Source: a bacterium (GTDB lineage Bacteria; Patescibacteriota; Patescibacteriia; SG8-24). Taken from it: 64,000 nucleotides of DNA. Below, in pieces: positions 36,445 to 46,008 of the stretch (within the stretch, counting starts at the first letter, position 1; each line of letters begins with the position of its first letter). A program made the translations under genes and the position numbers. Location: assembly GCA_021824285.1 (NCBI GenBank), contig JAKAKZ010000002.1, positions 1,303 to 65,302 of the forward strand. Direction: 5' to 3'. A model generated the notes under the pieces. That model worked only from the letters and a program-made list of their open reading frames with translations. It had not been told where the DNA came from and searched no databases.

Positions 36445-36486
36445 GCGTCGTCGCTCTTTCTCTCTCCATCTCCAGATCTTCTCAAT

Positions 36487-36798
36487 ATGCTATACTCCAG
36501 CCATATGCCCCACCAGGAAACGCGGTCGCCGAACCCAGGAGAACGCGACCTGTATATCGCCGGCGAATACAAGAGAAACTACATCATCGTCCAGAAGGAG
36601 ATCCTGCAGGATCTGCCCGACGACGACGCGCGGCTGAAATGGATCGAACGCTATGGCCGGACATTCCACGACCTCGCGGCCGACAACGGCAAGTTCCACG
36701 AGCTGCTGACGGCGGAGAAGCCGGACCTGAAGCAGATCCGCGGCCTCGTCGAACGTACCGCCGACGCCGAGCGGCAGGAGCGCGACCTGCTGCATTGA
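36487..36798 (+). CDS. small hypothetical protein
   Basis: ORF with high GC3. Possible start at 36505 (MPHQ) preceded by TATACT. Confidence 0.4.
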   Translation: MLYSSHMPHQETRSPNPGERDLYIAGEYKRNYIIVQKEILQDLPDDDARLKWIERYGRTFHDLAADNGKFHELLTAEKPDLKQIRGLVERTADAERQERDLLH

Positions 36799-36950
36799 GG
36801 TTGCCGCCCCTTGACCGCGCGGCACGGCTCAGGTTATCATCAGGCGCACGCGCGACTGCCGGCTGACCGCCGCAGGAGACGTGAGAGTCAAAAATTTCTT
36901 CAACCATTAACGCTTCGCGGCCGAACGCCGACGATCGCGGTTCGACGGAA

Positions 36951-38309
36951 ATGAAACGGAACTCGAGACGCCTTTGGAAACTCGCCAAAGAAGAGTGCAA
37001 CACGCAATACTACGACGCTTCGCCCAAAGGCGAGCTGATCGCCAAGGAGGGCCATTACCAATACAACATCCGCGACCTCATTCGCCGCTACGGCAGTCCG
37101 CTGGAGATCGTCTTCCCGCACATCGTGGAGCAGCGCGTCCGGCACCTCACGGGCCTTTTTGACGCCTACATCAAGCTCAACGACTACAAGGGGAGGTTTT
37201 TTTATCACTATCCGATGAAGGTCAACCAGGGCAAGGAGGTCGTCCTCTCCCTCGTCTCCGAGGGCGCCAACCTGGAGACCTCCTCGGCCAACGAGCTCTG
37301 GATCGTCAAGCGCCTGGCCGAACAGGGCAAGGTCACGCCGCGGCTCCGCATCCTCTGCAACGGCCCCAAGACCCTCAAGTACCTCAACCTCATCGACGAG
37401 CTCGACCGCAAGGGCGTGATCGTCACGCCGATGATCGAAGAGGCGCATGAGCTCGACTACTTCCGCCGCTACAAGGGCGAAGTCGGCGTGCGCGTCAACC
37501 TGAACATCAAGATCGATTCGCATTGGGACAAGAAATTCAACCGATTCGGCTTCCAGGAGGAGGAGCTGCTGGAGCTGGGCAAGATCCGCAATCTCGGCGT
37601 GCTCTCCTACCACATCTCCAGCCAGATCGAGCGGGTCGAGGGACTGACCGCGCCGATCCGCCGCGCTTTCCAGCTCTACGCCAAGATGCGGACGCTCAAT
37701 CCCCAGCTCGACACCATCAACATCGGCGGCGGCGCCGGCGTGCCCTACGAGAAACGACGCTTCTATACAGCGAAGGCCGCGGTCGGGCTGATCGTAAAAA
37801 CCTTCAAGAAGATGGCCCGCGAGCTGAACGTCCGCGAACCGAACATCATCTGCGAATGGGGGCGCTACGTCGTCGCGCCGGCGCAGATGACCGTCTTCCA
37901 GGTGCTGTCCGAGAAGACAGTGACTAACGGCCACAGCAAGAAGTGGTATACGGTCGACGGCAGCTTCATCACCGACCTGCCCGACACCTGGGGCATCCAC
38001 CAGAAATGGCACATCGTGCCGGCCAACAACATGGATTCGCGGCGCCTGCAGAAAGTCTGGCTGGCCGGCTCGACCTGCGACAGCGACGACAAGTACACGG
38101 CCGGCGGCGGCCACATCCTCCTGCCGAAGCTCGAACCGGGCGATGAGCAGTATATCGCCGTGCTCGACACCGGCGCCTATCAGGATTCGCTGGCTAATCG
38201 CCATTGCCTGCTGTCCCGTCCCGTGAAACTAATCGCCCAGAACGGGGACGTGACCGTGGTCCGCAAGCGCGAATCACCGGAGGACGTGGGCCGGAAATTC
38301 GGCTGGTGA
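36951..38309 (+). CDS. type III PLP-dependent decarboxylase (Orn/DAP/Arg decarboxylase family)
   Basis: TIM-barrel alanine-racemase-like N-domain motifs (YPMKVNQ, GANLETSS) and C-terminal beta-domain (CDSDD). Confidence 0.7.
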   Translation: MKRNSRRLWKLAKEECNTQYYDASPKGELIAKEGHYQYNIRDLIRRYGSPLEIVFPHIVEQRVRHLTGLFDAYIKLNDYKGRFFYHYPMKVNQGKEVVLSLVSEGANLETSSANELWIVKRLAEQGKVTPRLRILCNGPKTLKYLNLIDELDRKGVIVTPMIEEAHELDYFRRYKGEVGVRVNLNIKIDSHWDKKFNRFGFQEEELLELGKIRNLGVLSYHISSQIERVEGLTAPIRRAFQLYAKMRTLNPQLDTINIGGGAGVPYEKRRFYTAKAAVGLIVKTFKKMARELNVREPNIICEWGRYVVAPAQMTVFQVLSEKTVTNGHSKKWYTVDGSFITDLPDTWGIHQKWHIVPANNMDSRRLQKVWLAGSTCDSDDKYTAGGGHILLPKLEPGDEQYIAVLDTGAYQDSLANRHCLLSRPVKLIAQNGDVTVVRKRESPEDVGRKFGW

Positions 38310-38323
38310 GCGAACGATAAGGA

Positions 38324-38350
38324 AAACGGCCCGCCGGCGGGCCGTTTTTG
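38324..38350 (+). terminator. rho-independent terminator
   Basis: aaaacggcccgccggcgggccgttttt. Confidence 0.65.
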
Positions 38351-38444
38351 GTCTCCGCGCCTGCAGCTGCCGCGACGGAGGTTGACTTTACGCCGTTTTC
38401 CTGTCTAACTGCGGCCATTGACCTTTACCACGAAAGGGAAATCG

Positions 38445-38969
38445 ATGCGCCACATCGCGCTGCTGGCCGCTCTCCTGACGTTCGCGGTCCCCGCCGCGGC
38501 CCAGGCCGACAAAGACGGCGTGGAATTCGAGATGGCCTTCTCCGTCGGCTTGGGGCAGGACAGCGTGCCCAACCACGTCATCGGTGGACTGCTCGCCGGC
38601 GGTCGCCTACGCTTTGACCGGCGGTTTCCGTTGGGCCTGCTGGCCGAGGCCTACATCCCCTGGGGCGCAGGCGGCGGCGCCCTCATCGACCTCTACCGCG
38701 ACAAGGCGATCCGACTCCACATCAACGCCGGACTGTGCGGCTACTGGGGCGGGGGCGGCCGCATCGCCGCAGCGCCGGGCGTGGCCTGGGGTGGCTTCTT
38801 CGGAGCCGGCCTGGAGCTCAAGTTCGGCGAAAGCGGCGCCCTGCTCATGGATGCCCGCGCCTACCTGCCGGAACCTTCCGGCTGGCTGGCCACGGACCAT
38901 GCCGCCGAATCCTTCGGCGCGTCGCTCACGCGCACCCAATTCTTCCTAGGCTATGGCCGCCGTTTCTGA
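38445..38969 (+). CDS. secreted small beta-barrel-like protein, paralog 1 (C-terminal ...YGRRF)
   Basis: Signal peptide MRHIALLAALLTFAVPAAAQA. Gly-rich alternating pattern. Terminal aromatic residue. Confidence 0.5.
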   Translation: MRHIALLAALLTFAVPAAAQADKDGVEFEMAFSVGLGQDSVPNHVIGGLLAGGRLRFDRRFPLGLLAEAYIPWGAGGGALIDLYRDKAIRLHINAGLCGYWGGGGRIAAAPGVAWGGFFGAGLELKFGESGALLMDARAYLPEPSGWLATDHAAESFGASLTRTQFFLGYGRRF

Positions 38970-39115
38970 ACGGCCGCCGGACGCCGACGCGCCGCCCCGC
39001 ATGGGACGGCTTTTCTGTCTGTCCGGAGAGGCAGAGCCGATCTACGTTGACGCTTCGCACCAGAAGGCGTAAGCCTGTGAGGTGGTAATCCGCCCTTCGG
39101 CCCCCAGCCGACGGA

Positions 39116-39685
39116 TTGCGCACGTTCTTTTTAATGAAAGCCGGGAGGTATCCCTTGGGCCACAAGCTCTCGTTGGCCATCCTGCTGATGTCGCTCACTG
39201 CCGGGACGGCGGCCGATGCCGTCGAATTCGAGGCCCAGACCGCTTGCGGTTTGGGCGGCAATCCGTTCGGCGACCAGATGCGCCTCGGCCTCTTCTGCAC
39301 CGAGCGCCTGCGCCTGCTGCCCGTCACCCCGGTCGCGCTCGAATTCAGCGCCTACCTGCCGTACGGCGTGGGCGCCGGTCTGACGTTCGACCTGTTCCGC
39401 AGCCAACACCTGCGCGTCCACTTCGGCGATCTTGGTGTCTTCCTGCCCTTCGCGCCGGAGCTGCGAATTGCGCATCCGGAAGTGCCGCGCGTCTGGGATC
39501 TGACTGTCGGCGCTGGAGTGGAGTGGCTCGTGACGGAGAACGGACCGATCCTGCAGCTCGACTGGCGGGCCTTCCTGCCCGACCCGACGACGGTACCGTT
39601 CTACTACGGCGGATTCAGCGAGCGCTTCTACCTCGATGCGCTCAAAGGAGGTCAGATATGGCTCGGCGTAGCCTGGCGCTTCTGA
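39116..39685 (+). CDS. secreted small beta-barrel-like protein, paralog 2 (C-terminal ...VAWRF)
   Basis: Shares AVEFE..GLG..LR..PLGL/VALEFSAYLPYGVGAG pattern with 38445..38969. Confidence 0.5.
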   Translation: MRTFFLMKAGRYPLGHKLSLAILLMSLTAGTAADAVEFEAQTACGLGGNPFGDQMRLGLFCTERLRLLPVTPVALEFSAYLPYGVGAGLTFDLFRSQHLRVHFGDLGVFLPFAPELRIAHPEVPRVWDLTVGAGVEWLVTENGPILQLDWRAFLPDPTTVPFYYGGFSERFYLDALKGGQIWLGVAWRF

Positions 39686-40191
39686 TCGCGTTCGCGGCAT
39701 CCGGCTGCGGCCGCACCGATACCCCGACGGTCTACTACGTCGAGGACCGGTGGACCGATGAGGAGATTGTCGTCATTCGAGCGGCGGCCGATAAGTGGAA
39801 CGACTTGGCCATGACGCAGCTGCGGTATCCGACGCCGCTGCTCGAATACGGCGGCCGAGTCCACGACCGCTTCCGGGAAGACGTCTTCGCCGACGACCGC
39901 CACGTGGTCTACCGCATCAGCTCGGCTGAAGAGTGCCCGTTGCTCTTAAACCCGGAGGAGCTCGGCGGCTATGCCACCATGCAGGACGTGCTGCTCTTCA
40001 GCTACAACCTCTACGGGGGCACGAACTGGTATCCGGAGTACCTCTACTCGGTGACGTTGCACGAGTTCGGCCACTTCATCGGCCTGCCGCACTTCGAGAA
40101 CCGCATCGGCATCATGAATCCGCTGGTCAGCGCCGACGACCTGCGGCCCGCGGACATCGACCAGTTCTGCATCGCCTACGAATGCAAATGA
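39658..40191 (+). CDS. lipoprotein matrixin-like zinc metalloprotease
   Basis: Lipobox LIAFAASGC. HEFGHFIGLPH (HExxHxxGxxH). Overlaps end of previous gene by 28 nt. Confidence 0.65.
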   Translation: MARRSLALLIAFAASGCGRTDTPTVYYVEDRWTDEEIVVIRAAADKWNDLAMTQLRYPTPLLEYGGRVHDRFREDVFADDRHVVYRISSAEECPLLLNPEELGGYATMQDVLLFSYNLYGGTNWYPEYLYSVTLHEFGHFIGLPHFENRIGIMNPLVSADDLRPADIDQFCIAYECK

Positions 40192-40222
40192 CTCCGGCCT
40201 CTTGGCCGGAGTTTTTTTGTTC
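40192..40222 (+). terminator. rho-independent terminator
   Basis: ctccggcctcttggccggag + ttttttt. Confidence 0.65.
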
Positions 40223-40231
40223 CCAGTCGAA

Positions 40232-40786
40232 TCAGTGCAATCCGTCCACTGACGGCGACCGCGCGTCCCGCGCCAGATGCCGCGGCAGCTGTATCCAGAA
40301 ATAGTACAGGAAGAACGCATCGATCAGCACCATGAGGGCCCCGGACCAGCTGAATGACAGGAACAGGCGGTACAGGCCATAGACCGCGAACGCGCCGAAA
40401 ACCGCGACCGCAACGATGCGGGTCTCTTTTACGCGATACCACAGACCGGCGGCCAGCATGATCTTGATGGTACCGAAGGCCAGCACCAGCCAAGCCAGAT
40501 GCATGGAGGTGTCGTGGCTGATGCGCGGAAAATGGCCAGCCACCCAATTCAGGAACATGTCCTGCGGGTCTTCCTGCAGCTCGCGCAGGACGAACTCGTT
40601 CAGGGAACGCAGCGGCGCGACCCGCCAAATGCCCGTGATGACGAGCAGGGCCGTCAGCGCGACCACCGCATTGATGAGTCCGGAAACGGCCTCATAGGCC
40701 ACGAGTGCGGCCAAAGCCCAAGGACGCCCCCAAATGTGGACGTCTCCCGGATGGCCTCGCTGTCCGATGGTGAATATTTTCTTCAT
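40232..40786 (-). CDS. polytopic membrane protein (hypothetical)
   Basis: Four predicted TM helices. No motif. Confidence 0.5.
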   Translation of the reverse strand: MKKIFTIGQRGHPGDVHIWGRPWALAALVAYEAVSGLINAVVALTALLVITGIWRVAPLRSLNEFVLRELQEDPQDMFLNWVAGHFPRISHDTSMHLAWLVLAFGTIKIMLAAGLWYRVKETRIVAVAVFGAFAVYGLYRLFLSFSWSGALMVLIDAFFLYYFWIQLPRHLARDARSPSVDGLH

Positions 40787-41031
40787 GTCACGCTACAAAA
40801 TGCGCCTTTGGCCGGCTGCTGTCAATGACCTGCGGCCCGCAACAAATATACCACCGCCAGGCCGCGCCACCAAAATAACAGGCACGGGTTTGCTGCCGCG
40901 AGCGCATCCGGTGCCGCCCGCCGAGCGGCCTAGGCAATAACTGGTCTGAATTGCGGGAGCTGGCAGAAGGCCGGAACGAAAGGGCCCGGCCATACCGTGC
41001 CGGGCCCGATCTCATCGCCTAAAATCTACGG

Positions 41032-41979
41032 CTAGCGGCCAGAGGCCTGACCGGTGCCGGACTCGCGCGGCGTCTTTATGTCTTTCTGCGCGTCGGAGGT
41101 CGCGTTCTGTCCGGAACGAGCGGCCTTACGGGCGGCTTCCTTGGCCGCGCGTTCAGCTTCCCGCGCGGCTTTCGCCGCCGCGGCCGCGGCGTTTTTGGCG
41201 GCCTTCAGCTTAGCTTGAGCATCCATGATGGCCGCGTGGAAGGTGGTGTTGGCGGCCTTAACGGCGGCCTGGGCCGTCTTGCGAGCAACCGTCATCGTAG
41301 ACCGGAACTGCGCAAAGGCGGCATCGGTCGAAGCGACGAAGGACTTGCGGGCCGTCTCAATCGCGCTGCGGAACGCCTTATTCGCGGCCTTAATCTGATC
41401 GGCGCTGCCGCCGCAGGTGGACTTCCAGGTCGCCAAAGCGGCATCGACGGCCGCACGACGCGCGGCAATCGCCGCATCCACCGCATCGCGACGGGTGGTC
41501 AAGGCCGCGGACTGGGTCTCCTTGAAGGTCTGATGGGCCGCTTCGACAGCGGCCTTGCGGACCGCGGCTGCGGCGTCGACGGTCGCCTGATAGTCGGCAA
41601 ACGCCTGAGCCAACGCCGGGTTCTTGTTCGCCTTGACCTGGGCCGCGGCGCGTTTCCCTTCGAGATTCTTTTCCCGCTCGGCCTCGTTGGAATCCAGTTT
41701 TGACTGGCGATCGGCCGTCTTTTCCTGCAGTTTGTTGTCCTGATCATCCCGCTTCTGGGTCAACTTGGCCTCCTGTTCGAGACGTTTGGCCGCGAGCACG
41801 TCGCTACCGCCCAAACGGCGCAGGTCACACGTCGCCGGAGCCGCAGCCGCCTGGCCGGACGCGCCGTCATAAAGCGTCGGCACCGCTGCTGTTCCGTCCG
41901 TCGTCTGGGCCAAGGCCGGAACACCCAGAGAAAGGGCGAGCGAGGCGGCAATGACTGCACGCGCGTATCTTTTCTTCAT
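41032..41979 (-). CDS. secreted Ala/Lys-rich coiled-coil protein
   Basis: Signal peptide MKKRYARAVIAASLALSLGVPALA. Long A/K/Q-rich helical repeats. Confidence 0.5.
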   Translation of the reverse strand: MKKRYARAVIAASLALSLGVPALAQTTDGTAAVPTLYDGASGQAAAAPATCDLRRLGGSDVLAAKRLEQEAKLTQKRDDQDNKLQEKTADRQSKLDSNEAEREKNLEGKRAAAQVKANKNPALAQAFADYQATVDAAAAVRKAAVEAAHQTFKETQSAALTTRRDAVDAAIAARRAAVDAALATWKSTCGGSADQIKAANKAFRSAIETARKSFVASTDAAFAQFRSTMTVARKTAQAAVKAANTTFHAAIMDAQAKLKAAKNAAAAAAKAAREAERAAKEAARKAARSGQNATSDAQKDIKTPRESGTGQASGR

Positions 41980-42122
41980 AAGTCTTTGGCCGCGAATGCG
42001 GCTGGTGAATCAGGCCATCAGGCCGTTAATCTATCTATCTATATAACGCGTTTCCCGCCAAATTCTTTCACGGCAGCGCTCCTATCATGGACGCATGGTA
42101 GCACAAAAACGGTCTGAACCGA

Positions 42123-42158
42123 AAAAAACTAAACCGCACCCCGTTTTGGGGTGCGGTT
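42123..42158 (-). terminator. rho-independent terminator after lytic transglycosylase gene
   Basis: aaccgcaccccgttttggggtgcggtt with T-run on minus strand. Confidence 0.6.
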
Positions 42159-42184
42159 ATGGCTATTGCGTCCTGTACGGCGGC

Positions 42185-42737
42185 TTATTTCATAGCCACT
42201 GCCTGCGCGTCCTCCTTCGGCCAGAGCAGCTTGCCGTTGCGGATGACCGACGCGGCGTAGCCGTTATTGGCGCCGCAGCCGTTATGGCACTGGATGGCGT
42301 ACTTGGGATTCTTCGGGTAGCCGTTGTACTCCAAGTAGGAGATGGTCCAATTCGCGCTGCAGCGCAGGTCCTCGGCGCAGGACAACGAGACCTTATGCAT
42401 CTTATAGTGGATCTGGAAGTAGCCGCGGGCCTTGCCGTTGTCGCCGATGGCCGTAGCCACGAAGCGGGATTCCTTGTAGGCCATTCCTAGGAGCGTCCGG
42501 GCGCAGTCCTCGTCGTAGCCGCGAGACTGGCAGACCTCCAGAAGGACCTGGTGGATTGGCGGCGGCACCGCGGGACCGAACGGTTGGGCTGGCGCGGCCG
42601 AAACGACCGAGGCGTTGCCCGCCGCGACGATTTCGCCAGCGGCCCCGCTCGTCAAATCCTGGGCCACAGCCGGCTGGACGGTAAAGGCCCGCACCGCCAA
42701 AGTGAGCAATCCGCCCAAAAACACCCAGTAGCGCATG
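42185..42737 (-). CDS. secreted lytic transglycosylase (SLT domain)
   Basis: GMAYKESRF...GYFQIH matches the SLT catalytic E-S...G-(L/Y)-(M/F)-Q-I signature. N-terminal signal/TM. Confidence 0.65.
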
Positions 42738-42900
42738 TCCCCACTTAATAGGCTAGTCGACAAATTTTTGGCTAATTTCTGCATAGAATCTAAATGATCG
42801 CCTGAGCGATCAACATCGAAATCTAGCAGTTTTTGGTCTTTTTGTCAAGGGTTTCACCCAATAAAAGCCGATAATTTAGCCAAGAAAATGGAAATCGAGC

Positions 42901-42930
42901 TTAAAAAGAGCCGGGGCGACGAGGCCCCGA
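42901..42930 (-). terminator. rho-independent terminator after RnfD-like gene
   Basis: gccggggcgacgaggccccg hairpin with T-run on minus strand. Confidence 0.5.
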
Positions 42931-42972
42931 TCCTTTCCTTTCTGATTTTAGACTTACGACCCTTCCAGTCGG

Positions 42973-44340
42973 CTAATCGTCGTAGCCGCCTTCCTCCTCA
43001 TCATCGCCGTTACCCAGCACCTTCAAAGTCTTGACCGTGACCGTATCCCCGGTCCGTTGCCCGACGACCGTGCCGAAAGCGGCTCCGCCGATCCGGAACT
43101 GGCCGCACGCCACTTCACGGTTGCCCAAGAAACAGCGGCTGGACGCGGCGAATTCCAGGGTCAGAATCCTCTTCTGGCCGTTCTCAATCACCTGTATGCC
43201 CAAATCGCGCGCCAACCGGTCCGGATTGCGCTTCAAGAGCAGGCCGGACGCGTCATAGACTTCGCCACGCCAGACCTTCGGCTCTGCGGCCGGTGGCGTC
43301 ACGGGCGCTTGATTCGTGCCTTCGGTCGGTGCTGTAGTCTCCGGTGCCAAGCTTGGTACCAACGGCTCTCCCACGTCTGCCGGCTGGACAGGAGCCGAAC
43401 TCGGTACGGTAGCGGGGAAAAGCGGCGCGGCTTCCTCACCACGGCGCACCAGACCGGCGTAGTAAGTTGCTCCCGCGACCGCAAAAAGGGCGGCCAATAT
43501 GATTGCCACGATCTCCGCGCGCAGAAACCACGGGACGGGTTTCGGCGGCTCCGTCGGTACCTGCTGCGGCGCATGCAGCGCGCCCTTCGTCAGGTCATGA
43601 TGATTCAGGTAAATCGTCATGAAATTGGCGAACAGCAGGCCGGAAAGCAGCGTGGAGGCGGAAAAGGAGAAGTACGACAGGAAGGTGCCAAGAGCGGACA
43701 GCAGACCGAACATCGGCAGGGAGCGCGGCATGATCGGCGACGTCCGCGGATCCGTCAGCATGAAGAAGACGAAATACGTCTGGTAGAGGATCAGCGCGGA
43801 CATGACGTTCAGGATCGGCCGATGCAGTATGGCGGCCTGCAGGACCGCGAGCAGCATCGAGCTGCCGGTATAGGCGGCAACCAGCTTCCAGCGGCCCGGC
43901 AATTTGGCCAGGACGATTGAGCCCAGGATGATGGTCAGGATGTCCTCACTGCCGGCCCACCAGGAGAGCTGGACCTTGAAGAAGGCCGCGCCGACGAACA
44001 GCGCCAGGGCCGCGGGATTGAAAACAGGCCGCCCGTCGTGCCGGACGAGATGTTTGACGAGCATGGCGCCAGCCGCCAGACCGCCCGCGATGATCGGGCT
44101 CGTCGCCGGAGCCACGATGGAACCGATGATCACGCCGGTGATGGCCGCCCCTGACGTGACGATGAGCCGGCGCTTGCGCAGCAGTTCGGCGACCGTGTCC
44201 ACGGCCAGCGCGCCGGCGACCGCAGCCGCAAACATGGGCAGGGTCTCCCCCGCCGTATAGCGCACCACGTGGGAACCGGCCAGCGTCAGCAGGGCCAGCA
44301 GGGTCCATTGTTTCGGATTAAGTCGGGGTAATAAACTCAT
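42973..44340 (-). CDS. RnfD/NqrB-like polytopic membrane protein with C-terminal soluble extension
   Basis: FMLTDPRTSP motif characteristic of the NqrB/RnfD family. TSGAAIT possible flavinylation-like site. Pro-rich linker. C-terminal domain unknown. Confidence 0.6.
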   Translation of the reverse strand: MSLLPRLNPKQWTLLALLTLAGSHVVRYTAGETLPMFAAAVAGALAVDTVAELLRKRRLIVTSGAAITGVIIGSIVAPATSPIIAGGLAAGAMLVKHLVRHDGRPVFNPAALALFVGAAFFKVQLSWWAGSEDILTIILGSIVLAKLPGRWKLVAAYTGSSMLLAVLQAAILHRPILNVMSALILYQTYFVFFMLTDPRTSPIMPRSLPMFGLLSALGTFLSYFSFSASTLLSGLLFANFMTIYLNHHDLTKGALHAPQQVPTEPPKPVPWFLRAEIVAIILAALFAVAGATYYAGLVRRGEEAAPLFPATVPSSAPVQPADVGEPLVPSLAPETTAPTEGTNQAPVTPPAAEPKVWRGEVYDASGLLLKRNPDRLARDLGIQVIENGQKRILTLEFAASSRCFLGNREVACGQFRIGGAAFGTVVGQRTGDTVTVKTLKVLGNGDDEEEGGYDD

Positions 44341-45206
44341 GCGTTTACGCGATTGACGAAAAGGGTGCGCATCACCGAGCTCATGAGCACGGTACCGCGC
44401 GGATCGACGGCCAGGACCGCGCCGCCCTGCCGTTCGACGAACTCCATAGCCTCCTGCGTCGGCATAAGGTAAGCGGCCGTGGACCAGGAATCGGCCTGGA
44501 CCGCGGTGGGCGCGATGACGCTCAGGCTCAAGAACTCGCGGCTCGAGCCCACCAGGTGTTCACGGCCTTCAGCCGCAACCATCCGGCCGCGCAGGTATTC
44601 GCCCGAGGTGCAGATTGCCCCTCCCTGGAGCGGCAGCACGGTCACGATCCGATGCGGATCGCGCGGGTCACGGATGCCGATGTCCCAACGGTCCTTGCCG
44701 GGTGGGAGCGACCGGACGGCCATATCGCCGCCGGCTTCAATCATCGCCGGTTCGTCGCCGCCTAGCGCTTCGAGCGCCTCATCGATGGCCGCGCCCTTCA
44801 CGACCGCATTGAGGTCCAAAGCGGTGCCCGGCGGCAGTCGGACGGTTCCGGCGACAGCGTCATGGTCGATGTCCCGCCAGGTGGCTCCGACGTTGACCAC
44901 GCGGCGCCCAGGCAGGGTCCGCGCGCCGACAAGCGGATCGAACGCCCCGTCGCTCGCGGCGGCCACCGCCAGGGCCTTGCCGAGAACATCATTGAAATTT
45001 TCTGAAATGTTGACGGACAATCCGGCCCGCAGATTCACCGAGGTCAATTCGGAATCGTGCCGGAAGCCGGAAAACCGCCGCTCATACTCGGCGAAGACGC
45101 TGAAAGCGCGCCAAGAACGGGCGGCAAGCGCCGGAGTGTCTGGAGCGTAGACGCTCACGGTCACCCTGGTGTCCATGTGTTTTTCCTCGAACCGGACCGG
45201 CCGCAT
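44337..45206 (-). CDS. apbE: FAD:protein FMN transferase
   Basis: ApbE family. CTSGEY (TSGxY) motif. Overlaps downstream gene start by 4 nt. Confidence 0.75.
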   Translation of the reverse strand: MRPVRFEEKHMDTRVTVSVYAPDTPALAARSWRAFSVFAEYERRFSGFRHDSELTSVNLRAGLSVNISENFNDVLGKALAVAAASDGAFDPLVGARTLPGRRVVNVGATWRDIDHDAVAGTVRLPPGTALDLNAVVKGAAIDEALEALGGDEPAMIEAGGDMAVRSLPPGKDRWDIGIRDPRDPHRIVTVLPLQGGAICTSGEYLRGRMVAAEGREHLVGSSREFLSLSVIAPTAVQADSWSTAAYLMPTQEAMEFVERQGGAVLAVDPRGTVLMSSVMRTLFVNRVNA

Positions 45207-45209
45207 AAC

Positions 45210-45812
45210 TCAACGCCGGGACCTGGAAACGATCTGAGCCAGATCGTCGCGGAAGGCGTAAGAGGTATAGGTCGCGCCGGAAACGCCGTCAATAGCGTCG
45301 GATTGGGCGGCAAGCGCCTGCTGTGCCAGCACCGGCGCGGCATACTCCGATGGCGGAGAGTACGGCGTCTGAACCGGTTCAACGGCAGTCCAGTGGCCGC
45401 CTTTCACGGTCACGCTCACCACCATGTCGCCCCACGGAGTCGAGGAGGAAGCCGAATAGAGTCCATCCTTGTACGGACCGGACGGGGCCGGAGCCGGCTG
45501 CGGCGCTGGTGCAGGGGCTGGTGCGGGAGTTGGAGCCGGAGCGGGAGCTGGGGTAGGTTGAGGGGCTGGTGTTGGGACCGGAGCCGGAGCCGGCTGCGGC
45601 GCTGGTGACGGCGCTGGAGTCGCGGTTGTCTCCTTCACTGGTGCGGCCACCGGTTGCGGCTGGGGCTGCTCTGGAGCCTGCGGCAGCTTAACTACGGCCG
45701 GCAAGTTCGCCGCCGTCAGACGCTGCAGAATGGTCATCAGGGCAAAAAAACTCGCTCCGCCGACCAGGCTGGTCAACCATGGCCGCAATTTTACCGGTAT
45801 AGGATTATTCAT
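45210..45812 (-). CDS. FMN-binding domain protein (flavinylation substrate) with Pro/Ala-rich linker and N-terminal TM
   Basis: DAIDGVSGATYTS matches the ApbE flavinylation motif D-x-x-S-G-A-T. TATAAT 12 nt upstream of ATG (MNNPIP), no SD. Confidence 0.65.
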   Translation of the reverse strand: MNNPIPVKLRPWLTSLVGGASFFALMTILQRLTAANLPAVVKLPQAPEQPQPQPVAAPVKETTATPAPSPAPQPAPAPVPTPAPQPTPAPAPAPTPAPAPAPAPQPAPAPSGPYKDGLYSASSSTPWGDMVVSVTVKGGHWTAVEPVQTPYSPPSEYAAPVLAQQALAAQSDAIDGVSGATYTSYAFRDDLAQIVSRSRR

Positions 45813-46008
45813 AACGGTGATGATTATACCACAAAAACGGTTTAGGCTTGGTGGATTGTTTTTCAGGCATATATGGTCAGGGTGTCGGTCGGTAATACGC
45901 TTAAAAAGACATATATTTCCACGTAATGCCCCGATGGCCGCACACCGATTCGCCCTTGACAATAAGCCAGAATAATGGTTGTCTACTCGCACCACAGGAG
46001 GAACAGCG

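Noticed and set aside
39082-39657. Long ORF start at 39082 for the lipoprotein matrixin
   Set aside because: It would run in a different frame through the paralog-2 gene. ATG at 39658 gives a canonical lipobox signal peptide.
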